DNA of 52,134 nucleotides from a virus. Lineage: Duplodnaviria; Caudoviricetes. Under the pieces are notes generated by a model. It did no database searches. It worked only from the letters and a program-made list of their open reading frames with translations, and was not told the DNA's origin. Below, piece after piece: positions 9,515 to 20,488 of this stretch. Made by a program: the position numbers and the translations under genes. The DNA is taken from IMG/VR virus record IMGVR_UViG_3300025652_000110, positions 1-52,134 of that record; one strand, written 5' to 3'. Each line of letters starts with the position of its first letter. Within the stretch, counting starts at the first letter, position 1.

Positions 9515-10143
9515 TGGCTGTTAGTTATAATGAAGGAAATTTAGCTTATATGAGACAACTTGCTAAACAACAAGGTATTTCTGTAGCTGAGTTAACTAGA
9601 CGAAGAAGATTAGATGAAGAATTTGGTTCACCTGCTTACATAGCTAAAGAAAAACAAAGTTACCAAGATTTTTTAAAAGCTACTGATGGTTATCAAGATC
9701 ATAAAGAACACATGCAAAGAATAGATACTGGATTAGGAACTTTATATCCAGGCGAAGCAGCAGATAGATATCATGCTTCAAAAGATTTAGGATTAACTGC
9801 TGCACATTTAGGTGAATTTGAACCAGTATTTACTGAGAGTGCAAGTGAAGCTGTTCAACATCAAGATACTAGTCATATTGGAGCTGAGGAAAGAGCGGCT
9901 GGTAGTGCTATTGGTAGTGCTGCTGGTGCTATTTTAGGTGGTATAGTAGGAGGTCCTGTTGGAGCTTCTGCTGGAGCTGCTGCTGGTAAAGCAATAGGCG
10001 GTGGTGGTTCAATGACTGATGCCGCAACAGGAGCAATAGGTAGCGGTGGATCTCAATATGCTACTCAAGCTACTAAGAAGAAACCAGGTGACAAACCTGT
10101 TAAAGACGAAATGATGACTAAAATCCAAGGTGTGTTAAATTAA
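9514..10143 (+). CDS. Ejection protein with glycine-zipper segment
   Basis: GSAIGSAAGAILGGIVGGPVGASAG; no Cys seen. Confidence 0.55.
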   Translation: MAVSYNEGNLAYMRQLAKQQGISVAELTRRRRLDEEFGSPAYIAKEKQSYQDFLKATDGYQDHKEHMQRIDTGLGTLYPGEAADRYHASKDLGLTAAHLGEFEPVFTESASEAVQHQDTSHIGAEERAAGSAIGSAAGAILGGIVGGPVGASAGAAAGKAIGGGGSMTDAATGAIGSGGSQYATQATKKKPGDKPVKDEMMTKIQGVLN

Positions 10144-10154
10144 AGGAGGCTATT

Positions 10155-12377
10155 ATGCCAGATAAAAAAGGCCAACTAGGTTGGGAAGACTTAGAAGATT
10201 TTGGTAAATCCTTTTTTCAAGGTCATAGTGACTTTATGAATAAAGCGACGACAGATTTTTATGTTGATCCACCTAAAGAAGAAAAGCCATTAACCCCTTA
10301 CGGGCAAAGTCTTGTAGATAATCTATCTGAATTTGATAAACTAAATCCTTTTGATCCAACAGATTTAGGTTTATACACTGGAACCTCTCCAACTTTAGGC
10401 TTAGAGGCATATAATGAAGGTGTAGATTCAATGCTTGATTTAACTTTTGATGAGAACATTGTATCATCAACACCGTTTGATAATGGAATTACAAATACCT
10501 TAGATCCTCGGTATGAAGCACCAGTAACAGGAAGAAACTTTGATGGTCAAGAGTTTACATATGAAGATACTACTGACACATATGAAAGTGGTTTAGTAAT
10601 TCAAAACGCTACTTCTAAAGTAGGTGATGATGAAGATCAATTTCATATTGATGCTATGAATTATAGAGGTGATGACGAAAAAATGTTAGCGCTTCAAAAG
10701 AGTATAGTATCGAGAAAAGAAAATGGTGATGGTACTGTTACTTATAAATTTAATAACAGTCCTGGTTCTCATATGCAGGAAGCTTTAAGCGATGAGGCTG
10801 TACAAGAACAATCATCAATTGCAGCTGGCGTAGCAGCATTAGAGGCTCAAATATTAAGTATTAAGAATGGTACTTCTTTTGCAGCTCCTGGAGAATTGGA
10901 GCAACTAGAAGCTAAATTAACAGAAGAGAAAGCAAAATTAATAGTAGCAGATGAAGAAGTTTTAAAAGAAGAAGAAAATATTATAAAACAAGAAGAAGAT
11001 ATTGCATTGATTCAAGATGGTGAAACTACTGACGCTCAATTTGAAGCTGCTCCTCCTGCTGATCCAAAAGTTGTAGCTGAACAATCAGAAGAGGAAGCAG
11101 AAAAAAGTAACGCAGAAAAAGATAAGCTTGCTAAAGAATTAGCTAAGATAGATCCAAATGGTAAAGTTGACCAACAAATATTACGTAATCAAGTAGAAAA
11201 AGTAGATAAGTTGTTTACTAGCAAGAGTAAATATGATTGGGTAAATAGTATTAGGGCTTTTTATAAAGAAAATCCTGAGATTGCTACAGCTATAATTAAA
11301 GCTGCATCTAATTATTTACAAACAGGTAAATGGTATACCGCTGCTGCAGCTGGTTTAGAAGGTGCATTGCTTGGTGCTGGCACTAAGATAACTATGGATA
11401 ACAAAGATGCTGCTGACAGAGCAACTCTTAGAAACCAAGGTTATACTGGAGCTTCAGTTAATAAGTTCATGGTTACTAAAAATCCAGAAGATCTTGTATT
11501 AGATTTTACTAAACAAGAAAATGATTATGCTATATATCTTAGAAAGAAAGATATTGAAAATAAAATGGCACAATCTAAATCTTATTTAGAATGGTATCGA
11601 AAACTTACTCCAGCTAATACTGAATGGGCAGAAAAACAAACTGATTGGTTTGTTAATAATGCTAAAGGTATGTATGAAAAAATGGGTGAAGATGGAAAAG
11701 CTTTTGCTGAAATGCAATCTGCTGGCATAGAACACGGTGATGTTATGTCAATGATATTAGATTATGCTCATCAAAAGAAAGATGGAAAATATCTATTACC
11801 AAGAGGTCCTAACGGAGAGTACGATTTAAAACAAATACCAACAGAAGTTTTTAGAGATATGCAAAATATTGTTGAAAACTTTTCAAGACAACAATATAGA
11901 AATTATCAGATTAATGGTAAAGTTTTAGATACTAACTTTAACTTTGCTAATTACTATGATGAATATAAACTTCATACTAGTTTAGTTAATAACGATGCTG
12001 ATAATAACTTTGATCCTATTATGTTTCAAAGCTATACTAATAACCCAGAAGACGGTGAGTTTGCTGGTGAAGCAATGATGGCTGGTAGTAGTAATATTGT
12101 TGATCAAATATTTCAAGGTAAATTTGACACAAAAATAGATGGCAAGACTATGAAGCCTGAGAAAGAACAGGTATGGAAACAACTTGCTATTCAATGGGGT
12201 GCTTTGTCTCCAGAAGATAAAGAGGTTTGGAATAAAGCAGCTTTAGAAGAAGATGATATTGCAACAACTGGATTTTTATTTTTTGCAAATCAGTTAATAA
12301 CTGTAGGTGAAGGTCATGAATGGATGGCAAGTCGCAATATAAAATTATTTCAAGATCCAAATAGAGAAAACAAGTAA
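10155..12377 (+). CDS. Internal virion (ejection) protein
   Basis: 740 aa, acidic/helical, no Cys seen, position. Confidence 0.6.
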   Translation: MPDKKGQLGWEDLEDFGKSFFQGHSDFMNKATTDFYVDPPKEEKPLTPYGQSLVDNLSEFDKLNPFDPTDLGLYTGTSPTLGLEAYNEGVDSMLDLTFDENIVSSTPFDNGITNTLDPRYEAPVTGRNFDGQEFTYEDTTDTYESGLVIQNATSKVGDDEDQFHIDAMNYRGDDEKMLALQKSIVSRKENGDGTVTYKFNNSPGSHMQEALSDEAVQEQSSIAAGVAALEAQILSIKNGTSFAAPGELEQLEAKLTEEKAKLIVADEEVLKEEENIIKQEEDIALIQDGETTDAQFEAAPPADPKVVAEQSEEEAEKSNAEKDKLAKELAKIDPNGKVDQQILRNQVEKVDKLFTSKSKYDWVNSIRAFYKENPEIATAIIKAASNYLQTGKWYTAAAAGLEGALLGAGTKITMDNKDAADRATLRNQGYTGASVNKFMVTKNPEDLVLDFTKQENDYAIYLRKKDIENKMAQSKSYLEWYRKLTPANTEWAEKQTDWFVNNAKGMYEKMGEDGKAFAEMQSAGIEHGDVMSMILDYAHQKKDGKYLLPRGPNGEYDLKQIPTEVFRDMQNIVENFSRQQYRNYQINGKVLDTNFNFANYYDEYKLHTSLVNNDADNNFDPIMFQSYTNNPEDGEFAGEAMMAGSSNIVDQIFQGKFDTKIDGKTMKPEKEQVWKQLAIQWGALSPEDKEVWNKAALEEDDIATTGFLFFANQLITVGEGHEWMASRNIKLFQDPNRENK

Positions 12378-12393
12378 TTACTAGGAGAAATTT

Positions 12394-15300
12394 ATGGCTA
12401 TAGGACCTATTAAAATAGTTCTGCCGCAAAGTAAAGCACCTTCATTTGATATGACTGGGTTTGTAAATGCCGGTATGTATCAACAGATGTATGTAGACGA
12501 CGATGAAGAGCCTCGTGATTTTCGTTGGGAAGATGGTGACACTGTTTATGATGCTACTTCAGATGAGGGTTATAGATTCCTTGGTATGGATGCTCTTGAA
12601 ACTGATCACATAGGTCACTCTCCAAAACAAGGATTTAAATCTGGTGAGTATGGTGGTGACCTTCAAAAAAGAAAGTTTTATGAGTTAGCAAAGAAGTTAG
12701 GTTATAACAGACTCGTTAGAACAGGAAAAAAAGATGAACACAATAGATGGTTAACTGACTTGCAAAACGCGAATGGTGAATCATTTTCTACTTCTTTATT
12801 TTCTAACGATCTACTAACACCAAATAGATGGACCTCTGAAAGAGATAGAGATGCTTACGAAAGTAAACACTTCAACAGCTTGATGGGTATTGATACAACA
12901 ACAAATGAATGGGGTAAAGCAAAGTCTGAAATTGACGATCATTTTTCTAAAGGACTTTTGCTTGATAAGTTTGGAAGTCCATACATTAAAAAAGAAGCAT
13001 TAAATGAATGGCAATTAAACGAAGCTCAAATTAATTCTGAAATATATGGAATAGTAAATCCTTATCTTGATAGTTCAGTTAAGTATCGTCATGATGGTAT
13101 GGACCTACAAGGTAATGCTACTAACGTTTGGCGTAGTAGCCTTAGTCAGGGTTGGCAGAGTATGAGTGAAGCAGCTTCAGGAGCTAAGTCTTTAATTGGA
13201 AGTTTAATTGGTAATCAAGACTGGTACGAATCAGGAATGCTTACTGCTGAAGCAAAAGAAAACACAATGCGAAGGCTTCCTAAATTTGTTCAAAATATTG
13301 ATGACGTAGAATTTGGAGACAACGCTGCTGAATATATTATAGGTTTAGGCGGTGTGTCAATACCTTGGATGTTAGGTATCATTGGTGGAGGAGTTGTTGG
13401 TACTTTAGCTGTTGGAGCTGGAGCTACTGGTATTGCTGCTGCAGTTGGAGCTACAATAGGTACTACTCCTTTAGCTGCACTTTATGCTGGTGAAATCTTT
13501 AACAATATGGAAGGAGATATAAATAGCAAAAGCACTAAGGTAGCTTTATCTGGTGGTGTTATTATGTCAGTGTTAGATAGACTAGGTTTAAAAGGTATTA
13601 TGAGACCATCTCAAGTTATGGCAAAAGATGGAATGAAACAATTAAAAGCTCAGTTTACTAAGAAAAAGATTGATGAGATAGAGGCAGATCCAGGTTATGC
13701 TAAGCTTACTCAAGCAGAAAAGACTGCTAGAAAAGCAGAAGCTCTAAAGCAAGTTGACATACAAATCAATGCTGCAAAACTTTCAGGTGTTAATGACATT
13801 GTTAAAGCTATGGCTGGTCATGCTGATATACAAATTAAGAAAAGCTTATTGCTTAAAGAGTTTGGACAAGGCATGATGAAAGGTGGTCTATGGGAAATGG
13901 GAACCGAATCATTACAAGAAAGTACTAGTTATATTGCATCTGCATTTGGATCTGAAGCTGATTTTGATTGGAATGAATTTAAAAATATAGCAAAGAATGC
14001 TGCAGCTGGTGGTTTCTTAATGGGTTCTACAATTGGTGGAACTATGAGTGGCACAAGTGGATATGGATCTATTAAGAAGATGCAATCAGATTATGGCATG
14101 GCAACAAGTGATGCTGCATCTGGATTTTTTAATTATGCTCAAGATAAAGATGGTAATACTTTAGGTAATGCTGTGTCAGCTAATGGTCACGTTTATCCTA
14201 AGCCTATGACTGAAGAACAGTTTAATAATTCTGATCAGCGAGGTAATACTTGGGAACCTAAGTTAGTTGATGTTGAAGAGATTAATGAAGAAATGTTACA
14301 ACACTCTGATGTTAATACTTCAGAAGCACAAAGACAAGTTGATGAACAAGTTAAACTTGGAGAAGGTAAAGGTATTGAAAATGAAGATGGAGTTGTAGTT
14401 GGTAAGCTATCTCTATGGGAGAAGGCAAAGAAACTACCACGCCAAGCTTTCCAGAAGTATGGATCTATTATTGCTACAAAGAACTTGCAAGATCCAGATT
14501 TAAATGGAACTGCTAAGAGATATCTGTCTGCATTACTTCAAACATTTTCTCCTGCTAATATTGGTTTAGCGGCAGGTGTTGGTTTTCAAAAGATTAAAGG
14601 TAGATTAACTGAAGGCTATATGCAAGAAGCTAATAATCTTAAGTTAGCTTTGTTAAATACTGTTGATCATACTAATACAGCAAAAGGTAGAGCTGCTGCA
14701 ACTGAGAAGTTTAAACAGTTTGTAGATAGTAAAAGAGCCGTCCAACGAGGAGAGAAAACCGAGCAACAACATCGTCAACAGTTTGGACAGATGACAGCTA
14801 GGTTAGATCAGATTCATAACAGGATGGAAAGACTTACTGATGCTTTAAGAGATACAGTTAATAATAGTGTTGATGATATGAAAGATATTGGTAGAGTTGA
14901 AGATTGGTTTTTTAATTCTGCTAAACTAGATACATCATTAGTTTTAAAAGGTAAAGGTAGATTTATATCTGCGCTGCAAAGAGATTGGACTAATCCTAGA
15001 ACTGGTCAGGTTCATAAAGGTTTAAGCAAAGAAGCTGCTGAAAAGTTATATAACAGGTTAGTGTTTGATGGTAGAAGTCAAGAAGAAATTATTGATGATA
15101 TGTACCATGAGACTAAAGGAGCTGGTGCTGCAAAACAAAGGACACTAAATATTAATGATAATCCTATGATGCAGGAGTTTTTACACACAGATCATTTTGG
15201 AAAGTTAGAAACTAATATACATGACATGATTAACTATGCTATGGATATGAAATACCTAGGTCGTAATGATGTAAAACTAAATCAGATGATTCTTACTACT

Positions 15301-16803
15301 ATGAACCATATGAAGAAAGATGGTAAGTGGGATGCTAATATAGCAGCGACAGTTAGAAATTCTGTTGATACTCAAAGAGGTAGATACAAAGCTATTAAGA
15401 GTCAAGCACTTAAGAAAGCTCAGGACAATGTAACTTTCTTTAATACACTTACTCAACTAGATACTTCAATGCTAGCGTCACTACCTGAGTTAGCGTTGGT
15501 TATGGTTGGTGCTGCTTATAACAAAGGTTTAATTAATGTTATAAGACAAGGAGCTAGTGATGTTTTTAAACATTATGCTGGAACAGCTAGAACATCTAAG
15601 ATGAGATTCAAAGGCGCTAGTATGACAGATCCTGATTTAAAGGATGTCATGCCTACTCCTAGAATACTTAGACAATTTGATGGTAAGAAAATAGATAGTA
15701 AAAAAGATATTACTATTGAAGATATCAATATGAATAGATTAACCTTCTATGGTGGGCAATACGGAACACCTCATCATGGTGTACTTGGTGCTGTTGATAT
15801 TGATGCATCTGCTTATCAAGCCTCAAGGTTTAAACTATGGGTATTAGAATCATTCTTTCGTATGAATGGTCTTAAGTTCTTAACTGATGGTGCAAGGGTT
15901 GCACGTCTTGCTATAGCTAATGATGCTATTTTTAATGATTTAGAAATAATTCAGGGCTTTTATACTCCTGGAAAACTAAATAGTAATTTAGCTAATGATG
16001 CTTTTGAAAGATTAAGAGAATTAAATATCGATCCTATAAAAGCTGCAAGACAATTTGAAAAAGTAAATCAAGAAATTAAACTACTTCAGCAAAAGAAGAC
16101 TAAAGGTTTTCTTCCTGAAGATGGTGGTAAGTTAGACAGTAAAATCTTGCATGAGTATATATTTAAAAATCATGCTGAGCTTTACAATACTTTAGAAGAT
16201 GCTAGAATATCTTTTGTTGATAATGCGTTAGCAAGACCAACATCGATTGATAGACCTTTATGGTATTCTAATCCTCATTTTAGATTGCTTACTCAATATC
16301 AAGGTTTCTTATCTACGTTTACTGCTCATATAATACCTAAGCTATATAAGAGAGCTAAGAAAGCAGATCCAACACTTAGGTATCAAACTTTTGCTGTTGC
16401 TGCTACAATGTTAGCTCTTGCTTTTCTTGGTCAAGAAGCTAAAGATCAATGGAAGTTTGGTCATCATAGTCCTTATGTTGATACTAATCTTAAGACAGCT
16501 CAGCGAGGATTAAGTGCTTCTGGTTTATTAGGTACTGGACATAGGTTATTAGACTTTGTTCACCCAATATATACTAGTAGTCCAAGATATAATGAGACTG
16601 CGTTTGATCAGATGGGTAGATTTTTTGGTCATTCACTTGATGAGTTTGGTGGACCTACTGGTGGTACAATTAAAAATGCTCAACGCATAGCTGAAAATCT
16701 TATTGAGGGAAAACCTTCAACAGCTATTTATTATGGTAAAAATTGGATACCACTAATTGGTAGACATATGAAAGGTGACAAGCCTTATGAAATAGTATTT
16801 TAA
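12394..16803 (+). CDS. Large internal virion protein with N-terminal SNase-like domain and Gly/Ala membrane segment
   Basis: EDGDT...RFLGMDALET...KDEHNRWL; hydrophobic GxxxG stretch at about aa 315-365; no Cys seen. Confidence 0.7.
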   Translation: MAIGPIKIVLPQSKAPSFDMTGFVNAGMYQQMYVDDDEEPRDFRWEDGDTVYDATSDEGYRFLGMDALETDHIGHSPKQGFKSGEYGGDLQKRKFYELAKKLGYNRLVRTGKKDEHNRWLTDLQNANGESFSTSLFSNDLLTPNRWTSERDRDAYESKHFNSLMGIDTTTNEWGKAKSEIDDHFSKGLLLDKFGSPYIKKEALNEWQLNEAQINSEIYGIVNPYLDSSVKYRHDGMDLQGNATNVWRSSLSQGWQSMSEAASGAKSLIGSLIGNQDWYESGMLTAEAKENTMRRLPKFVQNIDDVEFGDNAAEYIIGLGGVSIPWMLGIIGGGVVGTLAVGAGATGIAAAVGATIGTTPLAALYAGEIFNNMEGDINSKSTKVALSGGVIMSVLDRLGLKGIMRPSQVMAKDGMKQLKAQFTKKKIDEIEADPGYAKLTQAEKTARKAEALKQVDIQINAAKLSGVNDIVKAMAGHADIQIKKSLLLKEFGQGMMKGGLWEMGTESLQESTSYIASAFGSEADFDWNEFKNIAKNAAAGGFLMGSTIGGTMSGTSGYGSIKKMQSDYGMATSDAASGFFNYAQDKDGNTLGNAVSANGHVYPKPMTEEQFNNSDQRGNTWEPKLVDVEEINEEMLQHSDVNTSEAQRQVDEQVKLGEGKGIENEDGVVVGKLSLWEKAKKLPRQAFQKYGSIIATKNLQDPDLNGTAKRYLSALLQTFSPANIGLAAGVGFQKIKGRLTEGYMQEANNLKLALLNTVDHTNTAKGRAAATEKFKQFVDSKRAVQRGEKTEQQHRQQFGQMTARLDQIHNRMERLTDALRDTVNNSVDDMKDIGRVEDWFFNSAKLDTSLVLKGKGRFISALQRDWTNPRTGQVHKGLSKEAAEKLYNRLVFDGRSQEEIIDDMYHETKGAGAAKQRTLNINDNPMMQEFLHTDHFGKLETNIHDMINYAMDMKYLGRNDVKLNQMILTTMNHMKKDGKWDANIAATVRNSVDTQRGRYKAIKSQALKKAQDNVTFFNTLTQLDTSMLASLPELALVMVGAAYNKGLINVIRQGASDVFKHYAGTARTSKMRFKGASMTDPDLKDVMPTPRILRQFDGKKIDSKKDITIEDINMNRLTFYGGQYGTPHHGVLGAVDIDASAYQASRFKLWVLESFFRMNGLKFLTDGARVARLAIANDAIFNDLEIIQGFYTPGKLNSNLANDAFERLRELNIDPIKAARQFEKVNQEIKLLQQKKTKGFLPEDGGKLDSKILHEYIFKNHAELYNTLEDARISFVDNALARPTSIDRPLWYSNPHFRLLTQYQGFLSTFTAHIIPKLYKRAKKADPTLRYQTFAVAATMLALAFLGQEAKDQWKFGHHSPYVDTNLKTAQRGLSASGLLGTGHRLLDFVHPIYTSSPRYNETAFDQMGRFFGHSLDEFGGPTGGTIKNAQRIAENLIEGKPSTAIYYGKNWIPLIGRHMKGDKPYEIVF

Positions 16804-16817
16804 TATAGGAGATATGT

Positions 16818-19800
16818 ATGGCTAAGAGTGGTGGTTACAAAAGCTCAGCTAACACAAAGAAAGATTTAAAGAAAGCTCAATTTGATATGTCAGGTGTATT
16901 TTTTGAAGCGCCTACTGTCAGAGAACAATCTAATATTGTAAGAAAACAACAAGCTTATGGTCAGAATCTAGACCAAAAGAGTGAAATGGAAATGCAGATA
17001 GCTCAAAAAGAAGCTGAGGTTGCTGGATTACAAAGAGCTCAACAAGGTCAAAACGTTTCAAGTGAAGATCAATTAAGAGGTCGTAAGTCTAGACTTGAGT
17101 TGCAAATGCTCAATCAAAATTATAATAAACTTAATGAAGGTTTATTAGATGATGTATATGGAGGAACCCAAGACACTGTTGGTGAAATGGGTTCTCCAAT
17201 TGTCGATAATACAGTTGAACCTGTACCTACAATTACACCTCAAAGAGAGTTCCCTACTCCTGAACAGGCTGTAGGAACCACGACAACGCCCGAGATCAGA
17301 CCTTTAGGCACAGGCCCTGCTGCTACTATTGGTGGTGGAGATACTAACGTATCAAGTGCTGCAATAATAAATGCCATAATGAACAAGCCAGAAGAGGATA
17401 GAACTCCTGCTGAATGGCAAGTGCTTGCTGATCTTGCTCCTGAAGTTTATGATAGTAATCAAGCAGCTGATCGTGAGACTGTTGATGATGATCCAGATAG
17501 TCCAGACAGACCAGGAAAAATTAGTAAAGTTCAAATACCTTATCAACAAAAAATGCAATTGATGCATGACAGTCATGCGATGGGTAGAAGAGTTGAAGAA
17601 CTCTTAGATCAATTTGCTTATGATGATATGGGTAGTGCAGAAAGAAGGCAAGAGATGATGAGACGTATCAATGATGGTACGTTTGAAGTAGAATCTGTTG
17701 CTGATTTCTTTGAAGGTATATTAGCTACTCATGAGGAATTAAAAAGATTAGGTGCACCTAGTGCTTTATCTGATGTTGCTTTACATTCTGTCTTACACCA
17801 AGTAAGAGAGGCTTATAAAAGAATAGGAGAACCTGACGATAGAAGAGGTAGACAACAAGCAATTGATGAATCTAATATAGCACCTACAACAGAAGAAGAA
17901 GCTGCAACAGCTCTTGTTATGCGAGGGCATGAGGTTCGTGAAATAGGTAATAAGATATTAGAAGCAATGGGAGTTAAGCCTGATGCTAATAATGTTAACT
18001 CTACTATAGCTGGAACAATAGCTAGAGACCTAGTTGTCAGAGCATTTCCTAATTTGTTTGTGAAAGATCTTAAAGGTAATATTCAAATATCACAAGACGG
18101 TTTGACAGTAGCAGAAAAAATGTTACCAATGACTCAAACAATTTTGCCACATACAAAAAACAATGTTAGGTTAAATAAAAAACCTAATGCAAGTAGTACT
18201 GTTAAACCTAGATCAGGAGCTAAGTTAAGACGAACTGCTACTGGAGCTGCTACTGATATTGACTATGGAAACTATGATTTAGTAAATGATACAATAGATA
18301 TTCTTGATAATATAGGATATACAATTGATCAAGATATGGTTAACATTGTTAATGCTTTAACCCAATCAATGGATGCTAATGGAAATACTAACATTGACAA
18401 ACTTATTGGTACAGGAAAAGAAGACACTGGTACATTAAATGATAGATCTGGATCTCGTAAAAAGAAAGATCCTAAAACTGGCAGAGATATTATAGGTCCT
18501 GACGGAGAACCAGTAATGGAATGGTATGCTGGAGATCGAATCAAAGATGTTATCTTTAACGACAATATGGATTGGGCTCAAAATCTAGGTAATAATGTTT
18601 TTTATTACGATCATTTTTTAGGCGATAACAATAGATTTTATATATCTCAATTCACTGGTAACTATCACAGTCATAAGCTTGTTAGAGCTATGATTATGAG
18701 TGATCGTATTGAAATGTTTAGTGTTGATAATGAAGCTTCATTAAACGAACTCAAAGCTGGTATTGTTAAAAAGTTTGGACATAATGTTGGGGTTGCTGAA
18801 GCAGCAAGAATATTTGATGCTAATGCTAAAGCATGGTCTGATATGATTATGAAAGTCAGAGAAGACGGTCAACCTATAATTGATTTAGCTGCAAAAGAAG
18901 ATGGATGGGATAGTGTAAGTGCTATGGTTGAAGCAACAAAACTTCATCAACACTTAGAAGGTTTAAAGAACGGTACAAAGACTGATCCAATATACACAAC
19001 TAAGTTTATGACTCATGTTGATGGAACAGGAAATGGACTTGCTCATAATGCTATGCAATCCGGTGATTTTAAAACAGCTGCTTTAACTAATATCAATCCA
19101 AGATTTAATGCACCTGAAGGTGAAGCTAGAATGCATTGGGATTCAGCTAATCCTTTGAACAGTGATGTGTACCATCTTACTGGTTCGGGTATGACAGCTC
19201 AAGTTGAGAAGAATCAAAGTGCATCATCTGCATTTGTTAAGCAAGCTATTGTTGCTTTAGGTCTTGATGATAAAAGAAACATGAGACAATTTTCTAAAGC
19301 TCCACTAATGATATTTCAGTATGGAGCAGGTAGAGCGCTTATTAAAAAGATTGTTAAAGAAAATATATTAATAGCGCTTGAAGAAGATGCTGCTACAGCT
19401 GCTGCATTTAATCAAATTGTTCTTGATATGGGAGGTAATGCTTTAAGTCAGAGTGAAATTAAACAAGCTATTAAAGATGGAGTGTTTGAGGATTCTGGTC
19501 AATTCAGAGACGCAGACTTTATTATCGACCAAATGGGAGATATGATGGTTAAGTCTGTTGAGACTCAATTTCCTATGCTTAAGAAATTAAGTAACATATT
19601 ATCTTCTATGGCTAATGCTGCTGCATTACATAATCCACCTATTGATTTATCAGTTATTACTATTGGTGGTCATAGGTTAAATTTTGGTTTGGCTAATTGG
19701 GAAACAGATAGACTTAGATCTTTTATAGATGAGACAAGTGGTTTAGATTTTAGTCCTGCTCAAAAGATATTGTATCCTCAAGGTACAAAAGTCTATATGA

Positions 19801-20438
19801 AAAATAAGGCTACAGGTAAAAACATTTCTGTTAAAAATACTAGCGGACATTTAATGCCTAATCCTAATTTCAATCCTGAGTTTCCAGTACATGATATAAA
19901 AAATCCTAAGTATGTACCTCTTGGTAGTCTTAAATCTGCAACACAAGCTGCAGTACTTATGACTCACTCATTAGACGGTATCAATGTTGCTCGATCTTTA
20001 GGTGCTTGGAATCAGGACAAACGTCATATGAGTATAGCTCAAATCTTTGATGGATTTTTAGTAAGCCCTAAGCACGCTCGTGAGTTTGCTGCAAGGTTAA
20101 ATAAAGACTTTTTAGATATACACCTTGATAAAGGCGGTAGATTTAGAACTACTGGAGACTTCATGAAAGATTTAACTGATGTTGAAAAATTTCAACCAGG
20201 TCAATCTCATTATGATTTCTTATCTAACAATCCTGCTAATAGTAATGTTCTATTAATATATAGAGCAATGGCTCAAAAAGGTTTTAATTGGGATGACTAT
20301 AAAGGCAAAGGTCTTATCAAGTTAATCAAAGAGTTTGAGGCAGATAGAAAGAAATTTAGAAAACAATTTATGATAGACTTCAAGAAAACTGATTCTGAAT
20401 ACAATTATAAAGCTGTTAAACAATTCTTTTGGGATTAA
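16818..20438 (+). CDS. Putative virion-packaged single-subunit RNA polymerase (N4 mini-vRNAP-like)
   Basis: Motif A VDGTGNG, motif B RQFSKAPLMIFQYGAG, THSLDG, motif C QIFDG, aromatic C-terminus FFWD; no Cys. Confidence 0.85.
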   Translation: MAKSGGYKSSANTKKDLKKAQFDMSGVFFEAPTVREQSNIVRKQQAYGQNLDQKSEMEMQIAQKEAEVAGLQRAQQGQNVSSEDQLRGRKSRLELQMLNQNYNKLNEGLLDDVYGGTQDTVGEMGSPIVDNTVEPVPTITPQREFPTPEQAVGTTTTPEIRPLGTGPAATIGGGDTNVSSAAIINAIMNKPEEDRTPAEWQVLADLAPEVYDSNQAADRETVDDDPDSPDRPGKISKVQIPYQQKMQLMHDSHAMGRRVEELLDQFAYDDMGSAERRQEMMRRINDGTFEVESVADFFEGILATHEELKRLGAPSALSDVALHSVLHQVREAYKRIGEPDDRRGRQQAIDESNIAPTTEEEAATALVMRGHEVREIGNKILEAMGVKPDANNVNSTIAGTIARDLVVRAFPNLFVKDLKGNIQISQDGLTVAEKMLPMTQTILPHTKNNVRLNKKPNASSTVKPRSGAKLRRTATGAATDIDYGNYDLVNDTIDILDNIGYTIDQDMVNIVNALTQSMDANGNTNIDKLIGTGKEDTGTLNDRSGSRKKKDPKTGRDIIGPDGEPVMEWYAGDRIKDVIFNDNMDWAQNLGNNVFYYDHFLGDNNRFYISQFTGNYHSHKLVRAMIMSDRIEMFSVDNEASLNELKAGIVKKFGHNVGVAEAARIFDANAKAWSDMIMKVREDGQPIIDLAAKEDGWDSVSAMVEATKLHQHLEGLKNGTKTDPIYTTKFMTHVDGTGNGLAHNAMQSGDFKTAALTNINPRFNAPEGEARMHWDSANPLNSDVYHLTGSGMTAQVEKNQSASSAFVKQAIVALGLDDKRNMRQFSKAPLMIFQYGAGRALIKKIVKENILIALEEDAATAAAFNQIVLDMGGNALSQSEIKQAIKDGVFEDSGQFRDADFIIDQMGDMMVKSVETQFPMLKKLSNILSSMANAAALHNPPIDLSVITIGGHRLNFGLANWETDRLRSFIDETSGLDFSPAQKILYPQGTKVYMKNKATGKNISVKNTSGHLMPNPNFNPEFPVHDIKNPKYVPLGSLKSATQAAVLMTHSLDGINVARSLGAWNQDKRHMSIAQIFDGFLVSPKHAREFAARLNKDFLDIHLDKGGRFRTTGDFMKDLTDVEKFQPGQSHYDFLSNNPANSNVLLIYRAMAQKGFNWDDYKGKGLIKLIKEFEADRKKFRKQFMIDFKKTDSEYNYKAVKQFFWD

Positions 20439-20488
20439 AAAAAAATACCTACACCGGTCATTACGACTAGTGTAGGTTATTTTTTTTT
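20437..20488. terminator. Bidirectional intrinsic terminator between the convergent arms
   Basis: A9 tract, stem ACCTACAC..GGTC/GACT..GTGTAGGT, T9 tract. Confidence 0.85.

Noticed and set aside
16818-20438. 1206-aa protein as the missing family A DNA polymerase
   Set aside because: Motif A is DGxxNG (RNAP type) rather than DYSQIE, and no exonuclease motifs are seen
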